Shown here: one piece after another, positions 30,054-39,443 of the stretch
Position numbering within the stretch: position 1 is the stretch's first letter
Layout: each line of letters begins with the position of its first letter
From: Deltaproteobacteria bacterium
Lineage (GTDB): Bacteria; Myxococcota_A; UBA9160; SMWR01
Reading direction: 5' to 3'
Assembly (NCBI GenBank): GCA_032128115.1
Contig: JAQBHB010000047.1
Span: forward strand, 1 to 64,000
DNA: 64,000 nucleotides
Program-made: the position numbers and the translations under genes
The notes under the pieces: model-generated
The model's input: the letters and a program-made list of their open reading frames with translations, nothing else
Database searches by the model: none
What the model was told of the DNA's origin: nothing

Positions 30054-31196
30054 ATGGACCTGAGTTTCAGCGAAGAGCAGGAAGTCCTGCGCGAGATGCT
30101 GCGCGGCCTGTGCGGCGAGTACGCCCCGCTCGAGGTGGTGCGCGAAATGGAAGATGATCCCACCGGCTACCCGGCCGAATTCTGGAAGCAGATGGGGGAG
30201 CTGGGCCTGCTGGGGCTGTTGATTCCCGAAGCCTACGGCGGGTCGCAGCAGACCATGCTCGAGGCTGCCATCGTATACGAGGAGCTGGGCCGCGCCCTGG
30301 CTCCGTCGCCCCATTTTGCGAGCAGCGTGTTGTGCGCGAGTGCGATTCTGCAGGCCGGGAGTGAAGACCAGCGCCTGGAGTGGCTGACGAAGATTGCCGA
30401 CGGCGAGGCCATCGTGGTTCCCGCGTGGCTCGAGCCCGACGGCGGCTATGGGGCGAAGGGCGTGCGTCTGGCGGCAGTGGCCGACGGTGGAAGCCTGATC
30501 CTGAACGGCTGCAAACGCCACGTGCTCTTTGCGAGTTCCGCCACGCGACTGCTGGTTCTGGTGCGCAGCGGCGCTGGCGACGGCGGCCTCGACATGGTGC
30601 TGGTCGACCCCAATGCCGACGGCGTGACCCTCACTCAGCAGCGAAGTCTGGCGTCCGACAGCCAGTACAAGGTGGAGTTCCGGGACGTGCGCGTTCCCGT
30701 TTCCGAACGGGTGGGCGCTGCGGGTGCCGCCTGGGAGACATGGAACGCGGTGATGCACGATGCCATCATCCTGGCGGCCGCCCAGGCCGTGGGCGGCGCC
30801 GAAAAGGCCCTCGAGATCACCGTGCAGTACGCCAAGGACCGAGTCCAGTTCGACAAGCCGTTGGGAGCGTTCCAGGCCATCTCCCACTACCTGGCGGACG
30901 CGGCCACGGCCGTGGACGGCGCCAAGACGCTGGTGCTGGAGGCCGCGTGGGCGCGCTCCGAGGGCAAATCGACCGCCAGACTCGCGCCCATGGCCAAGCT
31001 GTTCGCGTGCCAGACCTATCGGGATCTCACGGCCATGGCCCAGCAGGTGTGGGGCGGTGTGGGCTTCACCCGCGAGTACGACATCCAGCTCTTCTTCCGG
31101 CGGGCGAAGCAGCTGCAGGTGTCGTGGTGGGACGAGCCGTACCTGGAGGAGCTGGTGGCGGTGCAGGTGCTCGATGACCCAGGCGCGGCGAGCTAG
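30054..31196 (+). CDS. Acyl-CoA dehydrogenase (partner/beta subunit type)
   Basis: EELGRALAP, YAKDRVQFDKPLGAFQAISH, GGVGFTREYD. Confidence 0.9.
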   Translation: MDLSFSEEQEVLREMLRGLCGEYAPLEVVREMEDDPTGYPAEFWKQMGELGLLGLLIPEAYGGSQQTMLEAAIVYEELGRALAPSPHFASSVLCASAILQAGSEDQRLEWLTKIADGEAIVVPAWLEPDGGYGAKGVRLAAVADGGSLILNGCKRHVLFASSATRLLVLVRSGAGDGGLDMVLVDPNADGVTLTQQRSLASDSQYKVEFRDVRVPVSERVGAAGAAWETWNAVMHDAIILAAAQAVGGAEKALEITVQYAKDRVQFDKPLGAFQAISHYLADAATAVDGAKTLVLEAAWARSEGKSTARLAPMAKLFACQTYRDLTAMAQQVWGGVGFTREYDIQLFFRRAKQLQVSWWDEPYLEELVAVQVLDDPGAAS

Positions 31197-31198
31197 CC

Positions 31199-31819
31199 GT
31201 GCCTCTCGACCTGCGCAGCCTGGTCGACCCCGCGCACACGGCGCTCGTCACCCAGGAATGTCAGCGCGGGGTGATCGGCGATCTGTCCCAGCTGCCGGAT
31301 CTGGCCGGCGCCGCCCAGGGCGGAATGATCCAGAACGTGGCCAGATTGCTGGAAGCGGCGCGAAAGGCCCGTGTGCCGGTGATCCACTGTCTCGCTGAGC
31401 GTCGCGCCGATGGCCAGGGCGCCAACACCAATGCCCGCATCTTCCGGTACATGGCCAGGGCGGCGGTCACCCTGATTCCCGGCTCCGAGGCCGCCGCGCT
31501 GGTTCCCGAGATCGCAGTGGCCGATTCGGATCTGGTGCTGACGCGCCTGCACGGGGTATCGCCCTTCCACGGCACCGAACTCGACTTCGTGCTGCGCAAT
31601 CTGGGGATCACCACCCTGGTGGGAGTGGGCGTCTCGGTCAACGTGGCGATCCAGAATCTCGCCTTTGACGCCGTCAATTCCGGCTATCAGATGGTGATCC
31701 CCCGGGACGCGGTGGCGGGCACCCCGGCCGACTACGTGGAGGCCGTCTTCGCCCACACCCTGAACGTGGTGTCCACGCTCACATCGACCGCCGACCTGCT
31801 GGAAATCTGGAAGCGCTGA
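31199..31819 (+). CDS. Isochorismatase/cysteine hydrolase fold protein
   Basis: TALVTQECQ, VPVIH, SPFHGTELD, GVSVNVAI, PRDAVAG. Confidence 0.85.
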   Translation: MPLDLRSLVDPAHTALVTQECQRGVIGDLSQLPDLAGAAQGGMIQNVARLLEAARKARVPVIHCLAERRADGQGANTNARIFRYMARAAVTLIPGSEAAALVPEIAVADSDLVLTRLHGVSPFHGTELDFVLRNLGITTLVGVGVSVNVAIQNLAFDAVNSGYQMVIPRDAVAGTPADYVEAVFAHTLNVVSTLTSTADLLEIWKR

Positions 31820-31840
31820 GCCCGTTGCCCCCAGCCGGAT

Positions 31841-33016
31841 CTAGAAGGTGACCGGCATCGACTCCCAGCCCTGCACGAATTCGGTGCGGATTCGCTTGAG
31901 CTGGTCTTCTTCCACGACGTACTCGGGCATGTGTTGAAGCGTGGACTCCAGGGCCAGCTTGCCTTCCAGCCGCGCGAAGTGCGCTCCGATGCAGGCGTGG
32001 ATGCCGTGGCCGAACGACAGGATGCGCGGCGGGCGGCGTTTGATGTCGAAGACATCCGGATTCTCGAACTCGCGCTTGTCGCGGTTGGCCGAAGGGTACA
32101 GGAACATCACCGGACAGCCGGCGCGCATGGTCACACCCTGCAGCTCCACGTCGTTGAGAAGCGTTCGCATGAGGAACTGGGTCGGCATGTCGAAGCGAAG
32201 CGTCTCGTTGAAGGCATCCGGGATCAGGGACGAATCCGCCACGCACTGGGCTCGCTGCTCCGGGTGCTTGTGCAGCAGATAGATGGCGCTGGAGAAGACC
32301 TTGGGGAAGGTCTCGGCGCCGCCGATCAGGAAGAGCGACAGGTGCGAGCCGGCTTCCTCGTCCGTGAACCTGCGGCCGTCGATCTCGATGTCGAGCACGC
32401 TGTCCACGGGGCTCCCCCCCTCGCTGGGACGCTTGCGCCGCTGCTGGATGAGCCCGGCAAAATACGCCGTCATCTCCATCATGGCGGCCAGACCGTCCTG
32501 GGTCATTCCCTCGACGCCTTCCTCGCGGCCGAAGAAGCGCCAGACCAGCCCGTTCAGTTTTTCCGCGTCCTGCAAGGGAAAGCCGTTGGCAAGACACGCG
32601 ACCTTCACCGAGATCTTCGACGCCACGTCGTTGTAGAGGTCGACGGAGCCGGCGCCCGGGATCGACTCGAAGGCGTCGTCGACGATCTGCCGGATCTGGG
32701 GCTCGAGCGAGGCCACGCGGCCGGGCGTGAAGAACTTGCGGATCTGGGAGCGCAGCGCGGTGTGGGCCGGCGGGTCCATCAGGTTCAGCATGGGAGTCAC
32801 CGGCTGCACCTTCGTGAGCAGGTGGGCCGCCGTGGTGCCCCTGGCGGTCGAGTAGTTCTTGGCGTCCATGGACGCCTTCCAGATGTCCTCGAAGCGCGAG
32901 AGTGCGAAGGCGTCCCACTTTTCCAGGTGGTAGCAGGGGGCCTCCTCGCGAAGACGGGCGTAGATCGGGTGGGGATCCTTCATGACTTCTTCGGAGAAGG
33001 GGTCGTAGTCGATCAT
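31841..33016 (-). CDS. Cytochrome P450
   Basis: MDPPAHT, GGAET, ETLR, SANRD, FGHGIHACIG. Confidence 0.95.
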   Translation of the reverse strand: MIDYDPFSEEVMKDPHPIYARLREEAPCYHLEKWDAFALSRFEDIWKASMDAKNYSTARGTTAAHLLTKVQPVTPMLNLMDPPAHTALRSQIRKFFTPGRVASLEPQIRQIVDDAFESIPGAGSVDLYNDVASKISVKVACLANGFPLQDAEKLNGLVWRFFGREEGVEGMTQDGLAAMMEMTAYFAGLIQQRRKRPSEGGSPVDSVLDIEIDGRRFTDEEAGSHLSLFLIGGAETFPKVFSSAIYLLHKHPEQRAQCVADSSLIPDAFNETLRFDMPTQFLMRTLLNDVELQGVTMRAGCPVMFLYPSANRDKREFENPDVFDIKRRPPRILSFGHGIHACIGAHFARLEGKLALESTLQHMPEYVVEEDQLKRIRTEFVQGWESMPVTF

Positions 33017-33105
33017 CGTCGTCGGGCTCCGTCCGTCGCGAGGTTTGCCGGAGTATAGATCAAGCCGGCATGCTGAGGGGCCGTGAAGCCAGTAGAATAG
33101 CCGCC

Positions 33106-33774
33106 GTGAGCAGCGAACCGAAGCCTTCCGCCACCGTCGTTCCGATCCGCGACGCGGGCTCCGCGCTCGAGATCTTGCTGCTGCAGCGTTCGTCCAGGCG
33201 CGGGGACAAGCTGGGAGCCTGGGTGTTCCCCGGTGGCAAGATCGAAGCGGCGGATCGCGCGGGCGCGGCGTCGGATTGGCTGGATGCGGCGCGGCTCGCG
33301 GCGGTTCGCGAGACCCACGAGGAGGCAAGCCTCGCCCTCGAGGCAGAGAGCCTGGTTCCCATCTCGCGTTGGATCACTCCGGAGGTGACGCCGAAACGTT
33401 TCGACACCTGGTTCTTCCTGGGCCCTGTGGGGCCGGACGGGGAGGTCACCGTTGACGGTGGCGAGATCTGCGATCACCGCTGGTTGAGTCCCGGCGCGGC
33501 CCTGGAGGCATACCGGAGCGGCGAGATCCAGCTGGCGCCGCCGCAGTTCGTGACGCTCACCTGGCTCGAAGCCCATCGGTCGGTGGGCGATGCCCTGCGG
33601 GAGCTGGGCCGCGAACCCATCATGGTCTTCCATCCCCGCATCTGCCGCACGTCCGAAGGGGCCTGCATCCTGTATCCCGGAGACGCCGGCTACGAAGACT
33701 GGGAGATCGAGCGCCCGGGCGCGCGCCACCGCCTGTGGGCCCTGGGCGAGGGCTGGCGCTACGAGAGGGACTAG
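33106..33774 (+). CDS. NUDIX hydrolase (NUDT19-like)
   Basis: WVFPGG, AAVRETHEE, RWITP...RFDTWFF, LAPP. Confidence 0.88.
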   Translation: MSSEPKPSATVVPIRDAGSALEILLLQRSSRRGDKLGAWVFPGGKIEAADRAGAASDWLDAARLAAVRETHEEASLALEAESLVPISRWITPEVTPKRFDTWFFLGPVGPDGEVTVDGGEICDHRWLSPGAALEAYRSGEIQLAPPQFVTLTWLEAHRSVGDALRELGREPIMVFHPRICRTSEGACILYPGDAGYEDWEIERPGARHRLWALGEGWRYERD

Positions 33775-33980
33775 GCGCGGTTGCGATCCACGGGGTCGTT
33801 CTTGGCCCGCTTGCGCAACCACACGTTGCTGATGGTGACGAAGGCGAGCACCACCAGCAGCAGCACCAGCACCGGGAAGTTCATGCCCGGGCCGTCGTGC
33901 GCCGCGGCGGGCTGGCCGGGGGCGTCCGCCTGCGCCGTGCCGAGGCTCTCATGGGTCTGATTCTCCAGCTCTTCGGGCAT
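33771..33980 (-). CDS. Small single-TM hypothetical protein (69 aa)
   Basis: GGAGG RBS, one hydrophobic helix followed by RKRAK. Confidence 0.55.
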   Translation of the reverse strand: MPEELENQTHESLGTAQADAPGQPAAAHDGPGMNFPVLVLLLVVLAFVTISNVWLRKRAKNDPVDRNRA

Positions 33981-34144
33981 GACTCGCCTCCAGGTCCCCG
34001 CGGTTGCAACATCCGTTCCCCCAGGTGTCGCAGCGGAAGGCTCGCGTTCGACTGCGGCGGGACGAACCGGGACAGTACTCACCTCCCAGTGTACCCGATC
34101 GCCCCAAGTGGATGTTCATGCCCGCCTGCAGCCCCTACTGGCGC

Positions 34145-34160
34145 CGGTACGGGGATTGCA
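34145..34160 (+). promoter_or_regulatory. Putative sigma54 (-24/-12) promoter
   Basis: CGGTACGGGGATTGCA, GG-N10-GC spacing, 44 nt before ATG 34205. Confidence 0.55.
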
Positions 34161-34204
34161 CTCTCGGGTCCGGGAGTGCTGCGGCGCACGTCAGGGAGGC
34201 AGCG

Positions 34205-34609
34205 ATGGGAATCTCGTGTCCGTCCTTCGAGTTCTTCGAGGCGCTCGGGAAGAAGGCCGAGCAAGACGAAGAGTTTCGCGTCTGTGACGCCATGTTCGCG
34301 CTGGCCGTCGGCGAAAGCATGCTGACGGTGGAGTTCGAGAGCCCCGGGGTGGCCGTGGTTGCACGCGGCGGAAACCCCAACGACATGGACTTCGTGCTCA
34401 CGGGCTCCCTCGATGCCTGGAAGAAGCTGTTCCTGGCCATCGCTCGGAGCGCCGGCGCCGATGCGGCCCCGCGGATCGAGTCGCTGCTGGAAAGTGGAGG
34501 GGGCATCGCCCTGGAATCGGAAGAAGACGACGCCCGCGAAAAGTTCGATCGCTGCGCCGCCTCGCTCCAGGCCTTCTTCGACCGGGCCCGGGATCTCGAG
34601 TTCGATTGA
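34205..34609 (+). CDS. Hypothetical protein, possibly SCP2-like lipid-binding fold
   Basis: GGAGG RBS; PSFEFFEAL...DFVLTGSLDAWK pattern. Confidence 0.55.
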   Translation: MGISCPSFEFFEALGKKAEQDEEFRVCDAMFALAVGESMLTVEFESPGVAVVARGGNPNDMDFVLTGSLDAWKKLFLAIARSAGADAAPRIESLLESGGGIALESEEDDAREKFDRCAASLQAFFDRARDLEFD

Positions 34610-34615
34610 CCCGGG

Positions 34616-35047
34616 TCAGGCGGGGGTCCAGCGCGGCAGATGGATCTCGTCGCTGATGCGCTGGAAGATCACGCGAAGGGGTGCGCCGATCTCGATCGCC
34701 ATCGGGTCGATCTCGTTGATGGCCCCCGTCTCCGACGTCACCAGGTTTCCCACCAGGCGGATGCTGGGATCCTCGTCCAGGGCCACGATGATCACGTTGT
34801 AGGGCGCCAGCTCCGCGAACTGCGGCAGAAGCGGTGGGTGGGGCACCGCGAACGACCACAGCGTTCCCCGGCCCGAGACGCGGGTCCACACGGGCTCCGC
34901 ATGTGGCGCCCACGGACTCAGGGCCCGCGGCGGGAAGATGAGTCGCGACGTCTCCGCACACTGCTGCACGCGCAGCTCACCCATGCGCGTGCCTTCCCAG
35001 AAGCGCGCGTTCTCTTCGTTCACGGGCGGGAGCAGCGGCTCGCTCAC
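34616..35047 (-). CDS. DUF35 OB-fold protein with degenerate Zn ribbon
   Basis: FWEG, SGRGTLWSF, IRLVGNL, IGAP; only one Cys (QCAETS...RALSP). Confidence 0.85.
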   Translation of the reverse strand: MSEPLLPPVNEENARFWEGTRMGELRVQQCAETSRLIFPPRALSPWAPHAEPVWTRVSGRGTLWSFAVPHPPLLPQFAELAPYNVIIVALDEDPSIRLVGNLVTSETGAINEIDPMAIEIGAPLRVIFQRISDEIHLPRWTPA

Positions 35048-35049
35048 AT

Positions 35050-36198
35050 TCAGGCCCTCAGGATCATGGCGCTGGTGGGCACGCCTTCGCCGGCGGTGAC
35101 GAGGCAGCTGTCGGCGCCCTCCACCTGGTTCACCGAAGTGCCGCGGATCTGGCGCACGCCCTCGTTGATCAGGTTGAAGCCGTGCACGTAGGCCTCGGAG
35201 AGGCCCCCGCCAGAGGTGTTGATGGGAAGCCGTCCCCCCGACTCCAGGGCGCCGTCCTCCGTGAACGCCGCTCCCTCGCCCTTCTTGCAGAAGCGATAGC
35301 CCTCGAGCGAGAGCGGGATCAGCGGCGTGAAGGCGTCGTAGAGCTGGGCCACCCGGATGTCGGAGGCCTGGATGTCCGAGCCGCGATAGAGCTGCGCGGC
35401 GCAGGCCCACGAGGGCCCGGTCAGGGGATCCTGGCTCCAGTAGTTGACCATGGTGTGCGACTGTCGCGGCAGGCCCTGCCCGAACGAATGCAGGTAGGCG
35501 GGCTTGCTGCGGCAGTCTCGGGCCCGCTCGGCCGACACCACCACGCAGGCGAGCGCCCCGTCGCTCTCCAGGCAATTGTCGAACAGGCACAGGGGCTCGG
35601 AGATCCAGCGCGCGTTCATGTAGTCGTCGCGCGTGAGCACGCGTTCGTACATCATGGCGCCGGGGTTGCGGTTGGCCATCTTGCGCACGGCGATGGCCAC
35701 GTTGGCCAGGTGATCGCGGGTGGCGCCGAACTCGTGCATGTAGCGCCGGGTGAGGATGGCGATCTCGTCCATGGGGCGCAGCAGTCCCCAGGGCCGCGAC
35801 CACGCCGCCGGGGTCGAAAACTGCGGGTCCCGATTCGCCCAGGGCCGTTGCCCCGAGCCGCGCTTGCGCGAACGCCACGCGACGCCCACCCGGCACTGGC
35901 CGGTCGCGATCGCCATGGCCAGGTGGCCGACCGTGGCCGGTCCGGCACCGCCTCCGTAGCCCACCTGGCTGAAGAAAGTGACGTCGCCAACGCCAAGATT
36001 CTTCGCGATCTCGACCTCGTCGCTGGTCTCCATCGTGTACGAGGCGAGGCCGTCCACCTCGGAGGGCTCGATACCGGCGTCGTCGAGAGCAGCGAGGATG
36101 GCCTGACAGGCGAGCCTCTTCTCGGAGCCCTCGAGCTGCTTGGCGAAGGGGGTCTCTCCGATCCCGACGATCGCGGCCGCGTCCTTCAGCACGGGCAT
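35050..36198 (-). CDS. Ltp2-like thiolase-fold protein (putative steroid side-chain aldolase)
   Basis: No nucleophilic Cys (GGGAGPA); LYDAFT and SEAYVHG motifs as in Ltp2. Confidence 0.85.
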   Translation of the reverse strand: MPVLKDAAAIVGIGETPFAKQLEGSEKRLACQAILAALDDAGIEPSEVDGLASYTMETSDEVEIAKNLGVGDVTFFSQVGYGGGAGPATVGHLAMAIATGQCRVGVAWRSRKRGSGQRPWANRDPQFSTPAAWSRPWGLLRPMDEIAILTRRYMHEFGATRDHLANVAIAVRKMANRNPGAMMYERVLTRDDYMNARWISEPLCLFDNCLESDGALACVVVSAERARDCRSKPAYLHSFGQGLPRQSHTMVNYWSQDPLTGPSWACAAQLYRGSDIQASDIRVAQLYDAFTPLIPLSLEGYRFCKKGEGAAFTEDGALESGGRLPINTSGGGLSEAYVHGFNLINEGVRQIRGTSVNQVEGADSCLVTAGEGVPTSAMILRA

Positions 36199-36222
36199 CA
36201 GGATACCAGGCAGGATACCAGG
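36199..36222. repeat. 12-bp perfect tandem duplication
   Basis: CAGGATACCAGG CAGGATACCAGG immediately upstream of the ATG at 36198. Confidence 0.85.
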
Positions 36223-36245
36223 AGGCCCCAAAGCGGCGGAAACGT

Positions 36246-37427
36246 TCAGCGCGCCTCGAACGTGATGGGCAGCGATGCAAAGCCCTGGACGAACTCGGTG
36301 CGCAGGCGTTCGGCCCGGTCGATCTGCACTTCGTAGTCGGGCGCGTTCGCCAGGAGCTCTTCCAGGCAGACCCTGCCTTCCATCTTGGCCACGTGCAGAC
36401 CCACGCAGCCGTGGGTTCCCGCGCCGAAGGTGAGGATGCGCGGAGCTCGGCGCCGGATGTCGAAGACGTCCGGGTTCTCGAACTCGTCTTCATCGCGATT
36501 CGCCGAAGGGTACAGGAAGAGCACCACCTGGCCCTTGCAGAGCTTCTGGCCGCGGACCTCCACGTCCTCCACCAGTGTCCGGCCCAGGAACTGGGTGGGC
36601 ATGTCGTAGCGCAGCGTCTCCAGGTAGGCCTTTGGGATCAGGCCCGGGTCGGCGGCGCAGTCGGCACGCTGGTCCGGGTATTCCCCCAGCCGGAAGACGG
36701 CGTTCGCGAAGGTCTTCGGAAAGGTCTCCGAGCCCCCGATGATGAGCATGGAGAGGTGCGAGGAGACTTCCTCGTCGCTGAACTTCCGCCCGTTCAGCTC
36801 GAAGTGGCGGAACATGTTCACCACGTCCTCCGCGTCGTCGCCCGACTTCCGGCGCGCCGCCAGCAGGTCGGCGAAGTAGGCGTTCAGCTCCAGCGCCGCT
36901 GCGAGGCCGTCCTCGGTCATGCCGTCCACGCCCGGCTCGCGCCCGAAAAAACGCCAGACAAGGCCGTTCAGCAGGTCGCCGTCTTCCAGCGGGATGCCGA
37001 TCGCCATGCACGCGACCTTCACGGAGAGCTGGGCCGCCAGGTCGCCCACCACGTCACACTCGCCCTTTTCCAGCACGTTGCGCAGGCACGACTGCACGAT
37101 GTCGCGCATCACGGGCTCCAGGGCTCGGATCGCCGAGGGCGCGAAGAAGGGTTTCACGCCGGCGCGCAGCATCGTGTGGTCCGGGGGGTCCATCAGGTTG
37201 AGCATGGGCGTCACCGGCTGCACGCGGGTCAGCAGCTGCGAGGGTGTCGTGCCCTTCGCGGCGGAGTAGGCCGGGTGGGACGAGGCGTCCCAGATGTCCT
37301 GGAAGCGAGAGAGGGCCCAGGCGTCGTAGTTCTCCAGCGGGTAGACGGGCGCCTCCGCCCGAAGCCGCTTGTAGATCGGATACGGATCTTCCAGGACTTC
37401 GTCGGAGAACGGATCATAGGCGAGCAT
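36246..37427 (-). CDS. Cytochrome P450 (paralog of 31841-33016)
   Basis: GGSET, ETLR, SANRD, FGAGTHGCVG. Confidence 0.95.
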   Translation of the reverse strand: MLAYDPFSDEVLEDPYPIYKRLRAEAPVYPLENYDAWALSRFQDIWDASSHPAYSAAKGTTPSQLLTRVQPVTPMLNLMDPPDHTMLRAGVKPFFAPSAIRALEPVMRDIVQSCLRNVLEKGECDVVGDLAAQLSVKVACMAIGIPLEDGDLLNGLVWRFFGREPGVDGMTEDGLAAALELNAYFADLLAARRKSGDDAEDVVNMFRHFELNGRKFSDEEVSSHLSMLIIGGSETFPKTFANAVFRLGEYPDQRADCAADPGLIPKAYLETLRYDMPTQFLGRTLVEDVEVRGQKLCKGQVVLFLYPSANRDEDEFENPDVFDIRRRAPRILTFGAGTHGCVGLHVAKMEGRVCLEELLANAPDYEVQIDRAERLRTEFVQGFASLPITFEAR

Positions 37428-37454
37428 CGGGAGCCTCCTGGGTGTCTCGTCGGG

Positions 37455-38705
37455 TCAGGATTCCGGCGTGAAGCGGACGTTCATGCGCGCGCAGGTGCGC
37501 ACCAGTGCCGAGGACTCGAGCACTGCGCCCTCGGTGTCGGCGTACTCCATGTCGGGCAGGCGATGCAGCAGTTCCTCGAAGGCCACGCGCATCTCCATGC
37601 GCGCCAGGTTTGCGCCCATGCAGAAGTGGCTGCCCACGCCGAAGCCCAGATGGTTGGGATTGCGGTCGATGCGGAAGGCATCCGGGTCCTCGAACACCTC
37701 CGCGTCCCGGTTGGCCGAGGGGTACACCAGCAACACGAGCTGGCCCTTCTCGAGCTGCTTGTCGCGCAGCGTGGTGTTTCTGGTCACCGTGCGGCCGAAG
37801 TTGTTGACGGGCGAGACCATGCGCAGCATCTCCTCGATGGCCGAGTTCAGGAGTGACGGGTCGTCCAGCAGCTTCTGGCGCTGGTCCGGATTCTCGATCA
37901 GCAGCTGCATGCCGCCGGAGAGGGCGTTGCGGGTGGTCTCGTTGCCCGCCACCAGCAGGATCACCATCAGCTTGATGAGCTCGTCGTTGGCGAGGCCCAT
38001 GTCCGCCTTGTCCTGTTGCATCATGGCGAACGAACGCTGCTCGTCGAACTCCTGGAGCAGACCCTCGTCCTTGGCGCCGGTGAGGATGCTCACGAGATCA
38101 TCCTGTGGATCCTGGCGGCGTGCCTCGATGATTTCGGTGACGTAGGCGGCGTATTCCATGTAGGCGGCGCCGGCCTTGGCCATGACCTCCGGATCGTCCA
38201 TGCGTCCATCGGCCGCGATCATGGCGTCGGACCAGTGGTGGAAGCGATCGTAATCCTCATCGCGGATGCCGATCATCGCCGCGATCAGCCGAAGCGGCAG
38301 CGGCACGGCGATGTCGTTCACGAAGTCGCAATGGCCCTTGGATGCCACCGCGTCGATGGCGTCGGTGGTGATCTTCCGGAAGACAGCCTCGAGCTTTTTC
38401 ACCATGCGCGGCGTGAAGCCGCGGTTGATCAGGTTGCGCAGCTGGCCGTGGCGGGGCTCTTCCTCGTCGATCAGGCCAATCTTGGTGGGGATGTGCGGAC
38501 GCACACCCTGGCCGGAGGTGAAGGTGGCTTGATCCTTGGACACGGCATTCACGTCTTCGAAGCGCGTGAGGATCCAGATCTGGTCCTTTTCGGACCAGTG
38601 CACGGGATCGTTTTCCCGCAACCAGCGCAGGCGGGCGGCCATGTCCGCGTCCCAGCTCCTGGCGGCCATGTACTCCACGTTCACATCGACAGCATCATTC
38701 TTCAT
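37455..38705 (-). CDS. Cytochrome P450, CYP125/CYP142-like clan
   Basis: AGNETTRNA, EEMLR, SANRD, RNPNHLGFGVGSHFCMG. Confidence 0.93.
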   Translation of the reverse strand: MKNDAVDVNVEYMAARSWDADMAARLRWLRENDPVHWSEKDQIWILTRFEDVNAVSKDQATFTSGQGVRPHIPTKIGLIDEEEPRHGQLRNLINRGFTPRMVKKLEAVFRKITTDAIDAVASKGHCDFVNDIAVPLPLRLIAAMIGIRDEDYDRFHHWSDAMIAADGRMDDPEVMAKAGAAYMEYAAYVTEIIEARRQDPQDDLVSILTGAKDEGLLQEFDEQRSFAMMQQDKADMGLANDELIKLMVILLVAGNETTRNALSGGMQLLIENPDQRQKLLDDPSLLNSAIEEMLRMVSPVNNFGRTVTRNTTLRDKQLEKGQLVLLVYPSANRDAEVFEDPDAFRIDRNPNHLGFGVGSHFCMGANLARMEMRVAFEELLHRLPDMEYADTEGAVLESSALVRTCARMNVRFTPES

Positions 38706-39345
38706 GGGAAAAGAGCCTTTCTACGACCTCGACCAGGAATCGCGTCTGTCTTTCGATCGCGTCCCTGCTCATCAGGTCTTCACCGTTGAGTTCGGCGTAT
38801 AGGGGAGCCATTGCGAAGTACCCGACCACGATGTGGTACATGGCCAGCACCAGCAGGGGGATCTGCTCGGAGCCCCAACGCTGGGCCGCCGGGCCCGCCT
38901 CTACCATTTCGTGGGATTTCGCGAAGATCGGTGCGATCCACTCGCGCAATACCGGGGTGAGCCGCAGTCCCCCGGAGAGGGTTTCGTGCAACACCAGGCG
39001 GGGCAGCTGTGGGTCCCGGGCCAGCAGCGCCATCACGCTGCGCACCACCCGCTTCGCATCCAGGTAGCCGGCGGTCCCTTCGTGCATGAACGCGGACAGC
39101 ACCTCGAGCACGGGACCCACGCCGCGTTCGAGCACCGCGGAGTAGAGCGTCTCCTTGCTCTCGAAGTGGTTGTAGAGGCTGGGGATGCGGAGGTCTGCGG
39201 CCCGGGCCACGTCGCGCAGGGTGGTGCCGGCGAAACCGCGCTCGGCGAAGAGGGCTTCGGCCGCGTCCAGGATCCGCTCGGCCGTAATCTCGCCCTTCCG
39301 GCGAGGCCGGGCGGTGGGCGCGAAGGCAGTGGGAGTGGCGGGCAT
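38695..39345 (-). CDS. TetR/AcrR family transcriptional regulator
   Basis: ILDAAEALFAERGFAGTTLRDVA...SLYNHF.SKE. Confidence 0.93.
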   Translation of the reverse strand: MPATPTAFAPTARPRRKGEITAERILDAAEALFAERGFAGTTLRDVARAADLRIPSLYNHFESKETLYSAVLERGVGPVLEVLSAFMHEGTAGYLDAKRVVRSVMALLARDPQLPRLVLHETLSGGLRLTPVLREWIAPIFAKSHEMVEAGPAAQRWGSEQIPLLVLAMYHIVVGYFAMAPLYAELNGEDLMSRDAIERQTRFLVEVVERLFSHEE

Positions 39346-39365
39346 CCGGAGACCTTCAAAAAACT

Positions 39366-39404
39366 AACTAGCGCTAGTTTTTAATATCGGCCCCGGAATG
39401 TCAA
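39366..39404 (-). promoter_or_regulatory. Promoter of tetR-P450 operon with perfect 14-bp palindrome
   Basis: Minus-strand TTGACA (39399-39404)-17-AAAACT; AACTAGCGCTAGTT at 39366-39379; locally AT-rich. Confidence 0.7.
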
Positions 39405-39443
39405 GTCTTGAAAAGAGATTAATTCTTGTTCTAAATCAGTTAG

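Noticed and set aside
39401..39411. TCAAGTCTTGA resembling a KstR2 box
   Set aside because: Spacer is 1 nt rather than 2 and the flanks do not fit AnCAAGnnCTTGnT; it overlaps the -35 element
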